A model generated the notes under the pieces. It saw only the letters and a program-made list of their open reading frames with translations. It was not told the DNA's origin and searched no databases. Below are positions 16,206 through 29,330 of a stretch of 64,000 bases of DNA, in pieces. This DNA comes from the human T2T-CHM13v2.0 reference genome, Homo sapiens. Each line of letters begins with the position of its first letter. Position 1 is the stretch's first letter. A program made the translations under genes and the position numbers. The DNA is taken from assembly GCF_009914755.1 (NCBI RefSeq), contig NC_060942.1; one strand, 5' to 3'.

Positions 16206-17400
16206 TATTCCATTGTGCATATGCATGTGTGTATATACATATACTATTTTCTTTATTCATTCATGTGCCAATAGACACTTAGGTTTGTTTTCCATATCTT
16301 GGCTATTGTCAATAATGTTGCAATGAACATGCGAGTGCAGATATCTCTTCAAGATACTGATTTCATTCTTTTGAATTTATACCCAGAAGTAGAATTGCTG
16401 CACTATATGGTAGTTCTGTTTTTAATTTTTTGAGGAAACTATACTGTTTTCCATAATGACTATACAAATTCACTTTCTCACCAACAGTACACCAAGGTTC
16501 CCTTTTCTCCATATCAACACTTGTTTTTCTTGCCATTTTGATAGCCATCTTAACAGGTATGAGGTGATATCTCATTGTGGTCCTAATCAGCATTTCCCCA
16601 ATGATTAGTGATGCTGATGAACTTTTCATATACCTGTTGGCCATATTTACGTCTTATTTGGAAAAGTATCTGTTCTGGTTTTTGCACATTTTAAATTGTG
16701 TTGTTTAGACTTTTTGCTGTTGAGTATCTTGCATTTTTTATATTAACCCCTTGTAAGGTATATGATATGAAAATATTTTCTCTCATTCCATAGGCTGTCT
16801 TTCAATGTTGTTGAATTTTTTTCTTTGCTCTGCAAACAGCTATTCAGTTTGATGTAGCCTGCCTTGCCTTGTTTTTGCTTTTTTTGCCTGTGTTTTTATT
16901 ATTCAACAATAAAAAGAAGGAAATTCTGCCATTTGCAACAACATGGATGAGCCTAGAGGACATTACGCTAAACAAAACAAGCCAGATGCAGAAAGACAAA
17001 TACTGAATGATTTTACTAATATATGGAATGTTTTAAAGATCAAGCTCATAGAAGCAGAGTAGAACAGTCATTTCCAGAGGCTGGAGGATGGGATAAAGAG
17101 ATTTTGGTCAAAAACATAATCTTTCAGTAATAAAATAAAGAAGTTCTATAGATCTAATGTACAGCAAGGTGATTATAGTTAACAATACTGTATTATTTGA
17201 TATTTGATGAGAGGGCAGGTTTTAAATGTCCCTACCATATGCACACATACATAAAAATGTTATCTATGAATATGGTGGATATGTTAACTTGACTATACAC
17301 TTGTGCCATTACACAATGTATATGTGTATATCAGATCGTCATGTTGTATACCTTGGATATATAAAATGTTTATTTGTTAATTAATTAAAATAAAATAATA
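16206..17400 (+). mobile_element. L1MA-type element with inverted 5' part (16206-16896 on -, 16897-17400 on +)
   Basis: Antisense ORF2 end joined to sense 3'UTR; the two pieces are adjacent in the L1 consensus. Confidence 0.8.
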
Positions 17401-18366
17401 AAATAGTGTTTTAAAGTTATTTGATATGAAAATAAATAAGTAAGGAAAAAATCAATTTCCCTCTGTATCCACCAAATAAATGCTGAAAGAATATTTTTAA
17501 AGTATCTGTTTAAGTGGTGCCAAGTTACCAACCTGCTGTGGGGCTCCACATATCTTGATCTGTCTCAGCCTATGACAGAGTGTTATATGAATTATTGAAA
17601 GGCAAATCTTTGCCATGTTCACAGATATTACAGATGTATGAATTTTAAATCTTGGCAGTGCCATGTGTTGTATGAATGCATTTTTACTAAGGAAAAGGAT
17701 CCTCTGAACATGAGTGATATGTTCACCTTTTCTAATGTGAATGATATAATATCTATTTTAACTTCAAACGTAATCATTATTAACTACTTTCTCATTTAGG
17801 AGCCTCCAATTAATGCCGATTCATGATTCTGATTAATTATTTCAATTGAACTTTAAAAATCTCTTATGAAACATGACCTAATGGAGTGAATCAGAGCCAG
17901 AGCAGCTGAACAGTACAATACCATGTAACAATAAGTGAAGTGGATAATGACTGGCAAACTGTCTTACATCATTCAATGAGTAGTGTCCTACCAATTTGCT
18001 TGCTCCTTTAGGGGACCCGAAACTAAAGTGTCAGGCTAAAATTGTACTGTTCAAAGAAGGAAACTTAATCTGTACTATTTAAATCCAGGGCACAGAAGTA
18101 AAATCAGTGAAAATGGCAGAGAAAGAACCTCTGAAAATTTGCTCTTCATAAAACAATTTTAAAACTGGCAAACACTGTCAAAATCAACTTTTCAAAAACT
18201 CTTAATTTATCAAAGTTTCACAACAATCCAATATGTATTTGTTAAAAAGAAATAAAAAAGCTAAGTCTTGGTGAAAAAACCTAAAAATTTGGGGTGTTTT
18301 AGCTTGCTCTAGATTCATCTTCTGCTCTGTATGTTTCAGTAGCCTTGAAAAATAATGGTCCACATT

Positions 18367-18973
18367 TTTTTTCCTTTTTTTATTGTGTTTTAAGTTCTAG
18401 GGTACATGTGCAGAACATGCAGTTTTATATTACATAGATAGATAGATGCCATGGTGGTTTGCTGCACCCATCAGCCCGTCACCTACATTAGGTACTTCTC
18501 CTAATGCTATCCCTCTGCTAGCCCCCCACCTCCCGACAGGCCCCGGTGTGTGATGTTCCCCTCCCTGTGTCCATGTGTTCTCATTGTTCAACTACCACTT
18601 ATGAGTGAGAACATGCGGTGTTTGATTTTCTGTTCTTATGTGAGTTTGCTGAGAATGATGGTTTCCAGCTTCATCCATGTCCATGCAAAGGACATGAATT
18701 CATCCTTTTTTATGGCTGCATAGTATTCCATGGTGTCTATGTGCCACATTTTCTTTATCCAGTCTATCACTGATGGACATTTGGGTTGGTTCAAAGTCTT
18801 TGCTATTGTGAATCATTGTGGCAACTCCTCAAGGATCTAGAACTAGAAATACCATTTGACCCAGCAATCCCATTACTGGGTATATACCCAAAGGATTATA
18901 AATCATTCTACTGTAAAGAACACATGCACTTTACATGTTTTTTACATATGTTTATTGCGGCACTATTCACAAT
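18367..18973 (-). mobile_element. Short L1PA7-like insertion with 5' inversion
   Basis: Poly(T) plus antisense 3'UTR/ORF2 end at 18367-18813, sense piece at 18814-18973; TSD AATGG(T/C)CCACATT at 18354-18366 and 18971-18983. Confidence 0.92.
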
Positions 18974-20340
18974 GGCCCACATTCCTATACAGCCTGGTAG
19001 CCACCAGAGAAAGGAGAATGGAACTGGGGCTTTTTCAACGCCTCAATCCTAAAGAATTATCACATTATTTTACATGTCTAGTGCTTCCATGGAAGACCCC
19101 ACTTAACAGGCTGCCTCTTGTCGACCTGACTTGGATTTCACCCAGTGTGAAAAACCTTCTCCTCAGCACCCATGTAAAAAACAATTACAGGAAAATGTTT
19201 TATCTTTGCAGCTGCCTAAAGCTGTGGATAACAGTTGAATCAAATAGTAAACTAAACAAAAAGCTTAAAGGAAAAACTAGCGAATGAAAAAATCCATAGA
19301 TTCTTGAAACTCTGCAGCATATTCCCTAGGAATCCAGATGACCACACATGTACAGATATATGTGCATGCTCAGAAAAAATCTAAGACTGGGCTAAGCTTT
19401 CACCTCTGACTGAACTTAAGGCACTGTACAAGCAAGAGGTAAAGGTTAGGAAAGAGCTCTCAACTTTAGGTGAATGTCAAATATTTGTGCTAATGTAGAC
19501 TACAGACCCCATTGGCAGAGGCTGGAGAATTTATTGGTTCCAAGCATTAAAGGAAATCACTGTTCTATTATTAGATCACTATGCTGAGAAATGACTTCAG
19601 TTGCTACACATGACAAAGAATATAGACTTTAAAAATTAAATTTAGAAAATTTACTAAACAATTAACAACTATAAATACAATAAGCAGCAACAGCAAATCT
19701 TGGGGAGAGACAAGAATCTCATTCTAGAGATCCCATATAATATTATTTAAAATATCAATTTTCATTAAAAAATGAATGGCACAAAGGAACAAGAAAGTAT
19801 GTTCCACAAGCAGGAATAAAAACAATCAATAGGAAATGTCTTGGAGGAAACTAGTTTATTGGATTTACTGGACAAAGACTTTAAATCAGCCAATTTAAAT
19901 ATGTTCAAAGAGCTAAAGAAGAGTATAAGAACATTGTCACACTAGCTGGAGAATATTAATAAGAACACGGAAATTATTTAAAAAAATAAAGGACCAAGTG
20001 GAAATCCTGGATTTGAAAAGGAGAATCAATGAAATTAAAAATTTACTAGAGTATCTTAGTAGCATATTTGAACACGAAGAAGGAAGTATCAATGAGCATG
20101 AAGTCAAGTGATATTATTATCTGAGGAACAAAAACAAGAATAACAAAGAAAAGTGAACAGAACCTTAGAGGCCTGCAAGATATCATCAATCAGTCCTAGG
20201 AAACAAAAGAGAAATGAGGAGAAAGAATATGTGAAATAATAACAGAAGAAAAACTTCCCAAATTTGATGAACATTAATTTACACATCCAGAAAACACACT
20301 GAACTCCCCATAGGTCAAACTCAAAGAGGTCCACACACAG

Positions 20341-20711
20341 TGCTATGGACTGAATTGTGTTCCCCTCAATGTTCATATGTTGAAGCCCTAACCAAATATA
20401 ATGGTATTTGGAAATGGGGCTTTGGGAGGCAATTAGGGCTAAATGAGATCATAAGAATGGGCTCTCATAATAGGACTGGTGCCCTTATATGTAGAAATAT
20501 TGAGAGCATGAGCGCTCTCTCTCTCTACCATGAAAGTATGCAGAGAGAAAGTGTTCATCTACAAGCCAGGAAGAGAGCTCTCTCTAGGAGCTGACAATAC
20601 CGTCACCTTGATCTTAGACTTGCGTTTCCAGAACTATGAGAAAATTAATTTCTGTTTGTTAAGCCACCAAGTGTATGGTATTTTGTTATGGCAGCCAAAA
20701 ATGCTAAGCTA
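20341..20711 (+). mobile_element. MaLR solo LTR (MLT1A0-like)
   Basis: tgctatggactgaattgtgttcccc start; ttctgtttgttaagccacc...ggtattttgttatggcagcc end. Confidence 0.88.
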
Positions 20712-20826
20712 CCTATATACATCACAAACTGTCAGTAGCCAAAGACAAATAAAAATTACTGAAAGCAATAAGAGAGAAGTAACTCATCACATAGAAGGGA
20801 TCCTTTATAAGATAGAGTTGATATCT

Positions 20827-21476
20827 TTTTTTTTAAATACAGGAATGGTCATAGTTATTTAAAATAGCCCCAAACTGGAAACAATCCAAATGTGCAGCAA
20901 CAGACAAATAGGCGAATGATATGTCAAACCTACTGGCATACTAGTAGGCAATAAAAAGGTATAACTTATTGATGCATGTAACATGGATGAGTGAAAATAA
21001 GCAAGTCAAAAAAAGAGTGCATTGATTATTCCATTTACATAAAATTCTAGAAATTGCAAACTACTATATAGCATAGTGACATAAAGCAGAGTAGTGCTTG
21101 CCTAAAGATAGGGATAGATGGGTCATGGAGAGGCAGGAGGAATGGATTACAAAGAGGCATTAGGAAATTTTGGGGAGTAATGGATATGTTCATTATCCTG
21201 ACTGCTTTACATGTGCATTCATATGTCAAAATGTATCAAGTTGTACATATGAAATATGTACAATTTATTGTACGTCAATCATACCTAAATAAATTTGTTA
21301 AAACTTCAAATAATAAACTTAAACAAATCTAGCTGATATGGTTTAGCATGAAAACTGAGACAGGCTGAGTGTGAGTCCCCTTTTTGCTGAATATCAGAAC
21401 TAGAAAATACACATTTAATTAGCACAGGTGTGTTCAGGCTAGGCTGCTATTAGGTTTTTCGCGGGATGTTTTCAAG
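20827..21476 (-). mobile_element. TSD-flanked retrotransposed RNA copy (antisense old-L1 3' end plus ~150 bp non-L1 sequence)
   Basis: 18-bp near-identical direct repeats at 20809-20826 and 21477-21494, T-run at the left end; host L1 ORF1 resumes after the right repeat. Confidence 0.65.
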
Positions 21477-23499
21477 AAGATAGAGTTAATTTCTAATAAG
21501 AAATTAGGAAGGCCAAAGCAATGGCCAGACGTCATGGAAGCCAGAATGTACATAGTCAAAGCACTAAAGAAAATAATCCTGTCAACTAGAATTCTATATC
21601 CAGAAAATCTATTCTTCAAAAATAAGGATAAATTAGTTCCCAGATAAACAAAAATTCAAAGAATTTGTCACTAGCATACTTGAACTAAAAGAAATGATGA
21701 AGGAATTTTTCAGCTTGAAATGAAGAAAACTAGAAAGTAATTTGAATCCACAAGAAGAAATAAAGACCTCTACTAATGGGTAACCACACAGATAAGTATA
21801 TGAAGGGAGAGTTAAATATAAATGATGTATTTTTTGTTTGTACCTCTTTTTTCCTACCTAGCTTAAAAGACAACTGCATAATTCAATCATTATAACCTTG
21901 TGTTGATGGACAAACAATGTATAGAGATATAATCTGTGGCAGCATAAGGACTAGTTGAGACTATTTAGGAGCACAAGTTTTATATACTATTGATATTATG
22001 TTGGTATAAATGTTAACTAGATTGTTATAGATTAAGATATTAATGGTAATCCCCACAACAACCACTAAGAAAATAACTCAAAAACATATTGTTAAAAAAA
22101 CAAGATGTGTATTAAAATGGTAAACAAAAAAATAACTACTCAATACAAAGGAAGACAGTAAAGAAGGAATTGCGGGGAAGAAAAACAGACACAGACATAG
22201 AAAACAAATAGCAAAATAGAAGCAGGTTATTTTGTATCAGTAATGATATTAATTTTAATGGACTAAATTAATGGATAAAAATTATCCAAAAATATGCATA
22301 CAATGGACATATATGATATTCTGACACAAAAATGTTGAAAGTAAAAGGATGAAAACACATACGCTGCAAAGGGAAACCAAAAGAGAAGTGGAGAGGTTAT
22401 AAAAATATCAGATCAAATATACTTTAAGGCAAAAGTTGTACTATAGAGAAAAAAGGACAGTTTTTCATGATAAAGTTGTCAAGCCATCAAGAATATATGA
22501 CAATTTTCAATATGTGTACTTAACAACAGAGCCACAAGATACAAGAAATAAAAACTGACAGAATGGAGGGGTGAAATAGTTCAGAAATAATAGTTGGAGA
22601 CTTAACCCAATTTCAAAAATGGATAGAATAACTAGACAGAAGACCAGAAAAGAAATAGAGAACTTGACAATGTGATAAACCAACCTGTTTGGACAGCTAC
22701 AGAATACTTCATCCAACAATAGCTAAAATACATAGTTTTCTCTATTGTACATGTAGCATTCTCTAGGATAAGTGATATTTTAGACTATAGAACAAGTCTC
22801 AAAATAATAAAAATGACTTAAATCATACAAGGTATGTTTTATGACCACAATATAATGAAATTAGACATCAACAACATAAATCAATTTGGAAAATTCACTA
22901 ATGTGGAAATTAAACAACGTGCTCTCAAAACTAATGAGTCAAAGAAGAAGTCATAAAGGTAATTAGAAAATACTCTGAGATGAATGAAAATAAAAACACA
23001 ACGTATCAAAACTTATAGGATGCAGCAAAATAACTTCTTTGAGCAAAACCTGACTGTAAATGCCTGCATTTAAAAAAGAAAGATCTCAAAAACAAACAAA
23101 AATAACAAAACAAACAAAAAACAGCCTTCCACCTTAATAAACTAGAAAGAAAAATCACACTAAACTCAAGACAAGCAGAAATAAGGAAATAATAGTGATT
23201 ATAGTAGAAATAAATGAAATAGATACTAGAAAAAACAGAGAATAATCAATAAGACCGTAAGTTGGTTGGTTTGTGGTAAAGATCAGCAAAACAGATACAT
23301 CTTTAGCTAGAATAAATTATTTTTAAAGAAAGAAAATACTCAAATTACTAAAAGAATGAAAAAAAAGTATATTACTACCAACTTACATTTTTAAAAAAGA
23401 TTATAAGGTGATACTACAAACAGCTGTTTACCAAAAAAATAGATTAATATGTTTAATAATGAACAAATTCATAGAAAGACCCCAACTAACAAAACTAAT

Positions 23500-23776
23500 T
23501 GCTATGGCCTAAATACTTGTGTTCCCCAAAATTCATATATTGAAACCGAATCACCATTGTGAAGGTATTAGGATGGGGGATATCTTTTGCCATGTGAGCA
23601 CACAGCAAGAAGATACTCTCTGTGCACCAGAAAGCAGGCCCCTATCAGAAATTAAATCTTCCAGTGATTTGATCTAGGATTTCCCAGACTTCAGAACTGT
23701 AAGATATAAATTTCTTTTGTTTATAAACTACTCAGTTTATGGTATTTTGTTTTAGCACCCCAAATGGAGTAAGACA
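23500..23776 (+). mobile_element. MaLR LTR (MSTD/MLT1A-like), internally deleted
   Basis: TGCTATGG start, ...aatggagtaagaCA end, cccagacttcagaactgtaag motif. Confidence 0.85.
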
Positions 23777-26659
23777 ATCAGTCTAGAAAAAGTAGAAAAA
23801 AGGATAAACCTGTGATGATTAAACAGATTGAAAAAAAAAATACTTTCTACAAAGAAAGCCAAAGACCACATGGCTTCACTGGTGATTTTATCAAATATTT
23901 TAAAAAGAATTAACATCTTCTCTTTACATAGTCTTCCAAAAATTAGAAGAGGGAGAGGAAACACTTACCAATGCATTCTATAAGGCAAGTATTAGCCTTA
24001 TCCCAAAATCATGCAATGATTTCACAGGAAAACAAAATTACAGAACAATATCCTTTATTAATATAGACACAAACATCTTCAAAAAATATTAGCATACCAA
24101 ATTCGGCAACATATACAAAAGCATATGCTATCACCATATGGAATTTATCTCATATGGATAAATGCAAAGCTGATGGAATAGATAAAAATTAGCAATGTAA
24201 TATCTCATAAAATAAAGTAAAAACACATGATTATCTAAAGAGATGCAGGAAAAGTATTTGAGAAAAATCCAACATGCTTCCATGACAAAAAAGCTCAACA
24301 AACTGGGGACTTAAAGAAACATCCTCCACCTGATTAAGGGGATCTACAAAAAACCAACAAGTAACATTAAGCATAATATCCCCCCAAGATCAGGAAGGAG
24401 ACAAGAGTGTATGCTTCTGTCACTTCTATTCAACACTATAGTGGAGATTCTAGCTAAGACAATTAGGCAAGAAAAATAAAAGCATCCATGATGAAAAAAG
24501 AGGAAGTATATAACTATATTTGCAGATGACATGATCTTGTATAGAGAAAATCCTAAGGAATCCCCTGAAACACTGATAGAATTAATAAATGATGTCAATA
24601 TTTTTAAAATGTTTCATTTTATATACTAGCAATGAAAAATCTAAACTGAGACTAAGAAAGCAATCTATTTTATACCATTAAAAAGAATAAAATAGGCAAA
24701 AATAAATTTAACAAAATAAATGACTTGTACACTGTAAACTTTCAAAACATTATTGAAATAAATTAAGATTAAAATAATGAAAATATACTCCAAGATTATA
24801 GGTTGTAAGACAATATTTTTATGATGGCAATACTCTATAAATTATCTACAGATTCAACAAAATCCCTATCAAAATTCCAAATGTCTTTTTTTGGAAGGAG
24901 GCCAAAAATTGGCAGGCTAATTCTAAATTTCATATGGAAATGCAATGAATCCAGAAAAGCTCAATCTGAAAAAGAATAAAGTTGGAGAACTCATGCTACC
25001 AAATTTCAAAATTTATTGCAAAGATACAATAATCAAAGCAGCATGGTATTAGAACGAAGATAGACATGTAGATCAATGGAATGTAATTGAGCATCCAAAA
25101 GTAAACACATATAGTTATGTAAAATAATTTTTGACAAGGGTGCCAAGACAATTCACTCTGGTAAATAATAATCTTTTCCACAAATGGTGCTGTGACTACT
25201 AGATATGCACACGTTAAAAATGAATTTGAATACCTATGTCATATCATATCCAAAAATCAACTCAACATGGATCAACCACCTAAATGCAAGTGCTAAAGCT
25301 ATAACAATCTTAGAAGAAAACAGAAGTACACATCATTATGACCTTGCTTTAAGTAACAGTTTTTAAAATATGACATATACAGTATAAGCAGCCAAAGAAA
25401 AAATAGAGAAGTTAGACTTCATCAAAATTAAAAACTTTTGCATATAAATAACACTATCAAAGAAGTCACAAGCCAACCCAAAGAGTGGAAAATATTTGCT
25501 CATTATATATTTGAGAAGGGTCTAATTCTAGATTACATAAAGAACTCTTGCAGCTTAACACTGAAAAAAAAATTGAAGTGGGCTAAGTGTTTGAATAAAC
25601 ATTTCTCCAAAGACATACAAACATCCAATAAACACATTAAATTATGCATAACATCATTAGTCATTAGGGAAATGCAAATCAAAACCACAATGAGATGCTA
25701 CTTCACATCCATTAGGATGGCTGTGATGAAAAGACAAAAAGAAAATAACAAATGTTAGCATGTTAGGATGTGGAGAAATGGGAACCTCATAACGTTGCTC
25801 TGGGGATCTAAATGGTACAACTACCTTGAAAAGAGTCTGGCAGTTCTCCAAAAAGTTAAGCACAAACTGACCATATGACCCAACAATTCCATTCCTGGGT
25901 TTATATCCAAGAAAACAAAAAAATATATATCAGCACAAAAACTTATACACAAATGTTCATAGCAGCATTATTTGTAATAGCTGAAAAATGGAAACAACTC
26001 AAACTTCTATCAACTAATAAATGGATTAACAAAATATGGCATATCGGTATAATGGAATATTCATCCATAAAAAGAATGATATGCTGAGGCACACTATAAC
26101 ATGCCTGAAACTTGAGAACATGCTAAATGAAAGAAAACAGATAGGAAGTTCCCATACTGTATCAATACATTTATATAAAATGTTTAGAATAAGCAAATCC
26201 CATTAAGATAGAAAGTTGAATAGTTGTTAGGGGCTGGAAGGACAGGAAAATAAGCACTGAATGCTAGCAGGTGTGAATGATTTTTTTCTGGAATGAAGAA
26301 AATATTCTACAACTATATAGTGGTGATGGTTGCACAGCCTTGTGAATATATTTAAAACCAATAAAATATACACTTTAAAACAGTGAATTTTAAGCTAGGT
26401 AAATTACATTAATAAAAATCAATACACTGATACATTTGTGAATAGTTTCATATCTTCACTAATTTATTATCAACTGAGTGCAGGAGGAATAAAGCCTGAA
26501 AAGATATGCTCCAGAATGTTTATAGTGAATATCTTTGGGTAGTGAGAATAAGGATTTTTTTTAAAAAAATTAAACTTCTTCTTTCATTTTTAAAAAATAA
26601 TTGCATTAACTTTATAATCCAAAAATAGTTAAGTGAATTAAGTTGATAAATTAAAAATG

Positions 26660-27830
26660 GATAAAATTAAAATGGCCAATAGAAATTATTAGACATTCGT
26701 TTACCAAAAAGTACATGAAATTTGACCATTCTTCACACTTTGTTAACTCAAAATGAACTATAGAGTAAATTTAAAACATAAAACTACAGAATATTTTAGT
26801 ATTAAACATAGAATAATATCTGTTTACCCATGGTTTAAGCAAAGCATCCTTCAGTGTGACACAAAAATATCATTTGTGAAAGAAAAATTGATAAATTGGA
26901 TATTAACAAAGAAGAAACTTCTGCTCTGTGAAACACACAATTTTAAAAATGTCAAAATAAGTTACAGAGTAGGAGGAAATATTTGCAAATCACATTTCTG
27001 ACAAAGGATTTGTATTTAGAACATAAAAATAATTCTCAAAATTCAATAATAAGCAATCCAATTTAATAAGTAGGCAAAGATCTGAACAAACACTTCACCA
27101 AATAAAATATGTGGATGCAAATAAGCATAGGAAAAGGTGTTCAATAGCCCTATTCATGAGAAAATGCAAATTAAAACTTCAAGATATCACTATACACTAT
27201 TATAATGGAGGATTAAAAACTCTGACAATGTCAAATGCCAGTGAAGAGTAGAGCAACTGACACACTATACGTTGCTAGTGTGAATGTAAACTGGGTACCG
27301 TCACTTTTGAAAACAGTTTGGCAACTTGTTATAAAGTTAAACAAGAAAATGAAAACTTACATTCACATAAAAACTTGTATGCAATTGTAGCAGCTCTATT
27401 CATAATTGCCAAAAATGGAAATCATTCAGATGTCCTTCAACAAGTAAATGGGTAAATTGTGGTATATCCCTACAAAGAAATAGTATTTAGCAATTAAAAT
27501 GAACAAACTATTGATTCACATACCACCTCCACTGCCTTTGGCTAAATGAAAGAAGCCAGACTCAAAAGTCTATATGTTCCACAGTTCCACTCATATAACT
27601 TTCTGGAAAAGGCAAAATAGAGACAAGAGAACCCACCAGTGGTTAGAGGAGCTGTCTACAAAAAGGAAGAATGAGAGAATTTCAGAGACGATGGAACTGT
27701 TCAATGTTATGGTTGTGGTGGTAGATGTATAGCTCTAAGCATTTGTCAAAACCCATAGAACTGTATATAACAAAGAGAATTTTACTGTATGTAAATAAAT
27801 ATGTAAATAAAAATATAAATAAAAATGAAT
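26660..27830 (+). mobile_element. Old L1M (L1MC/ME-like) ORF2 end and 3'UTR
   Basis: atatttgcaaatcacatttctgacaaagg, aatgcaaattaaaac, catttgtcaaaacccatagaactgta. Confidence 0.8.
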
Positions 27831-29029
27831 ATAAAATGTATTCAAGATAAAAAAATGCAACTGATAGGATATGAAAAGAATGAAATAAAGTTAACTATGC
27901 AAATGAACCCCATCCCAAAGCATATAATGACACATACACTTACACACACACACTCAGAGCTTAAAATGTATTTTTATCTAAACATTGAACAAAATGGCCC
28001 TGCAAAGTAATTTCAAAGCTTCAGCCGAATTGAAACTGCAAACAGGCTCAGTGCTAATTCTGAGTATGTACTGGATTTACCTAAATAAGATAATTATTTA
28101 TATCATTGTTATTACTACCATAATAACTGCATATTATGTCATGTAATATAATATTTTATATATAATAACATGATACAATTATGTTTCTAAGAAGCATGAA
28201 TCAATTTCAAATTTAGTAATATAATGGAATATGGAAAAGCAGCATGAAAAAGAGTCAAAGAGCATTTAGAAGGGATAACTAATAAGTTGTTGCCACTACT
28301 TTGACATTCTTCCACAACATTAGGAAGACCCAAAACAAAGAAAAAGAACATAGAGTTGGAAAGTGGGAGTGGTTATGATGGAAAAGGAGTCAAGGAAGGG
28401 ACTGAGTTCTGTGTTGATACTAGTTTGATGGCAAAGGAAGATCCACAAGCGACAGAGTGAACAGCAAGAATTCTGAGAAGGTGGGGGTTCAGTTCCAAAG
28501 GTGATATGGAAATAAAAGCTCCTTATGAATTCACAAAACATTAGGGGATAGCATTTGACTTTTCAAATTTCAGAATGGAGGCTAAACCAATCCCATTTAG
28601 ATGTGACAGGAAGGGCACTTCCAGCTGACATGTGGGAGCAATCAAACTGTCTACTCTCAAACAACTTATGAAAATAAACCACTTAAAAATAGGGTTTGTA
28701 TAAAGTAAGTGGTGAAGAAGACATACAAGTAACTAATGGGTGAAACTGAAATTTGGGTAACCAGAAGTTGGAATTCAGAAGCGGTGAGCAGAAACCTGTG
28801 GAGGCTAAATAGGACCTCAGATTAGGGACTCAAAATTTTCTTACCTGTCATCTCATCCTCTAACAACACTCAATCTCTATCTTGTCCCTAGTTAAGGCTT
28901 TCAGTTACTTCCTCCTGTCTCATGGTTCCATTTATCAGTACTCTTTTCAGCTTCACTTGCCTCCTTACACTAGATTCCCATGGTCAACCACTAAAGCAAT
29001 GTTGATGTTCTAATCTGAAAACTGTCAAT

Positions 29030-29330
29030 TGTGAAGGAGCTGAGATTGTGCCCTACTTGCAAGCTAATAATTTAGCCTGCTACAATTTCACGGATTCTGG
29101 CAGAACATACAAGACTTCTAATCAGAAATAAAAGACCATGGATTACTTCTAGGAATAGCAATAGCCAAAGGATCGGGATTTTTCATAGTTCTCCACACCC
29201 CACTTCTCACAAAGCAACAGGAAGAAGGCCAGATGACATCTGTGCACATCATGAGGTGTGCTGCAGGAAAGAAACTCTGAGCTCAGAGAAACTGAATTTT
29301 TTACAATGGGCAGATAATTTGCAAAGAGGC
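29030..29330 (-). mobile_element. ERVL LTR fragment (LTR40-like)
   Basis: tgtgaaggagctgagattgtgccctacttgcaagctaa...ttagcctgctacaatttcacggattctggcagaa resembles the recalled LTR40 terminus. Confidence 0.55.

Larger units (their letters stand above)
18090..26420 (+). mobile_element. Near full-length ancient L1 (L1MB7/8-like 3' end) with several nested insertions
   Basis: Colinear 5'UTR, ORF1 (~19760-21750), decayed ORF2 (~22250-26090; ctatttgcagatgacatgatc = LFADDMI at ~24515) and 3'UTR ggtgatggttgcacagccttgtgaatata. Confidence 0.85.
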
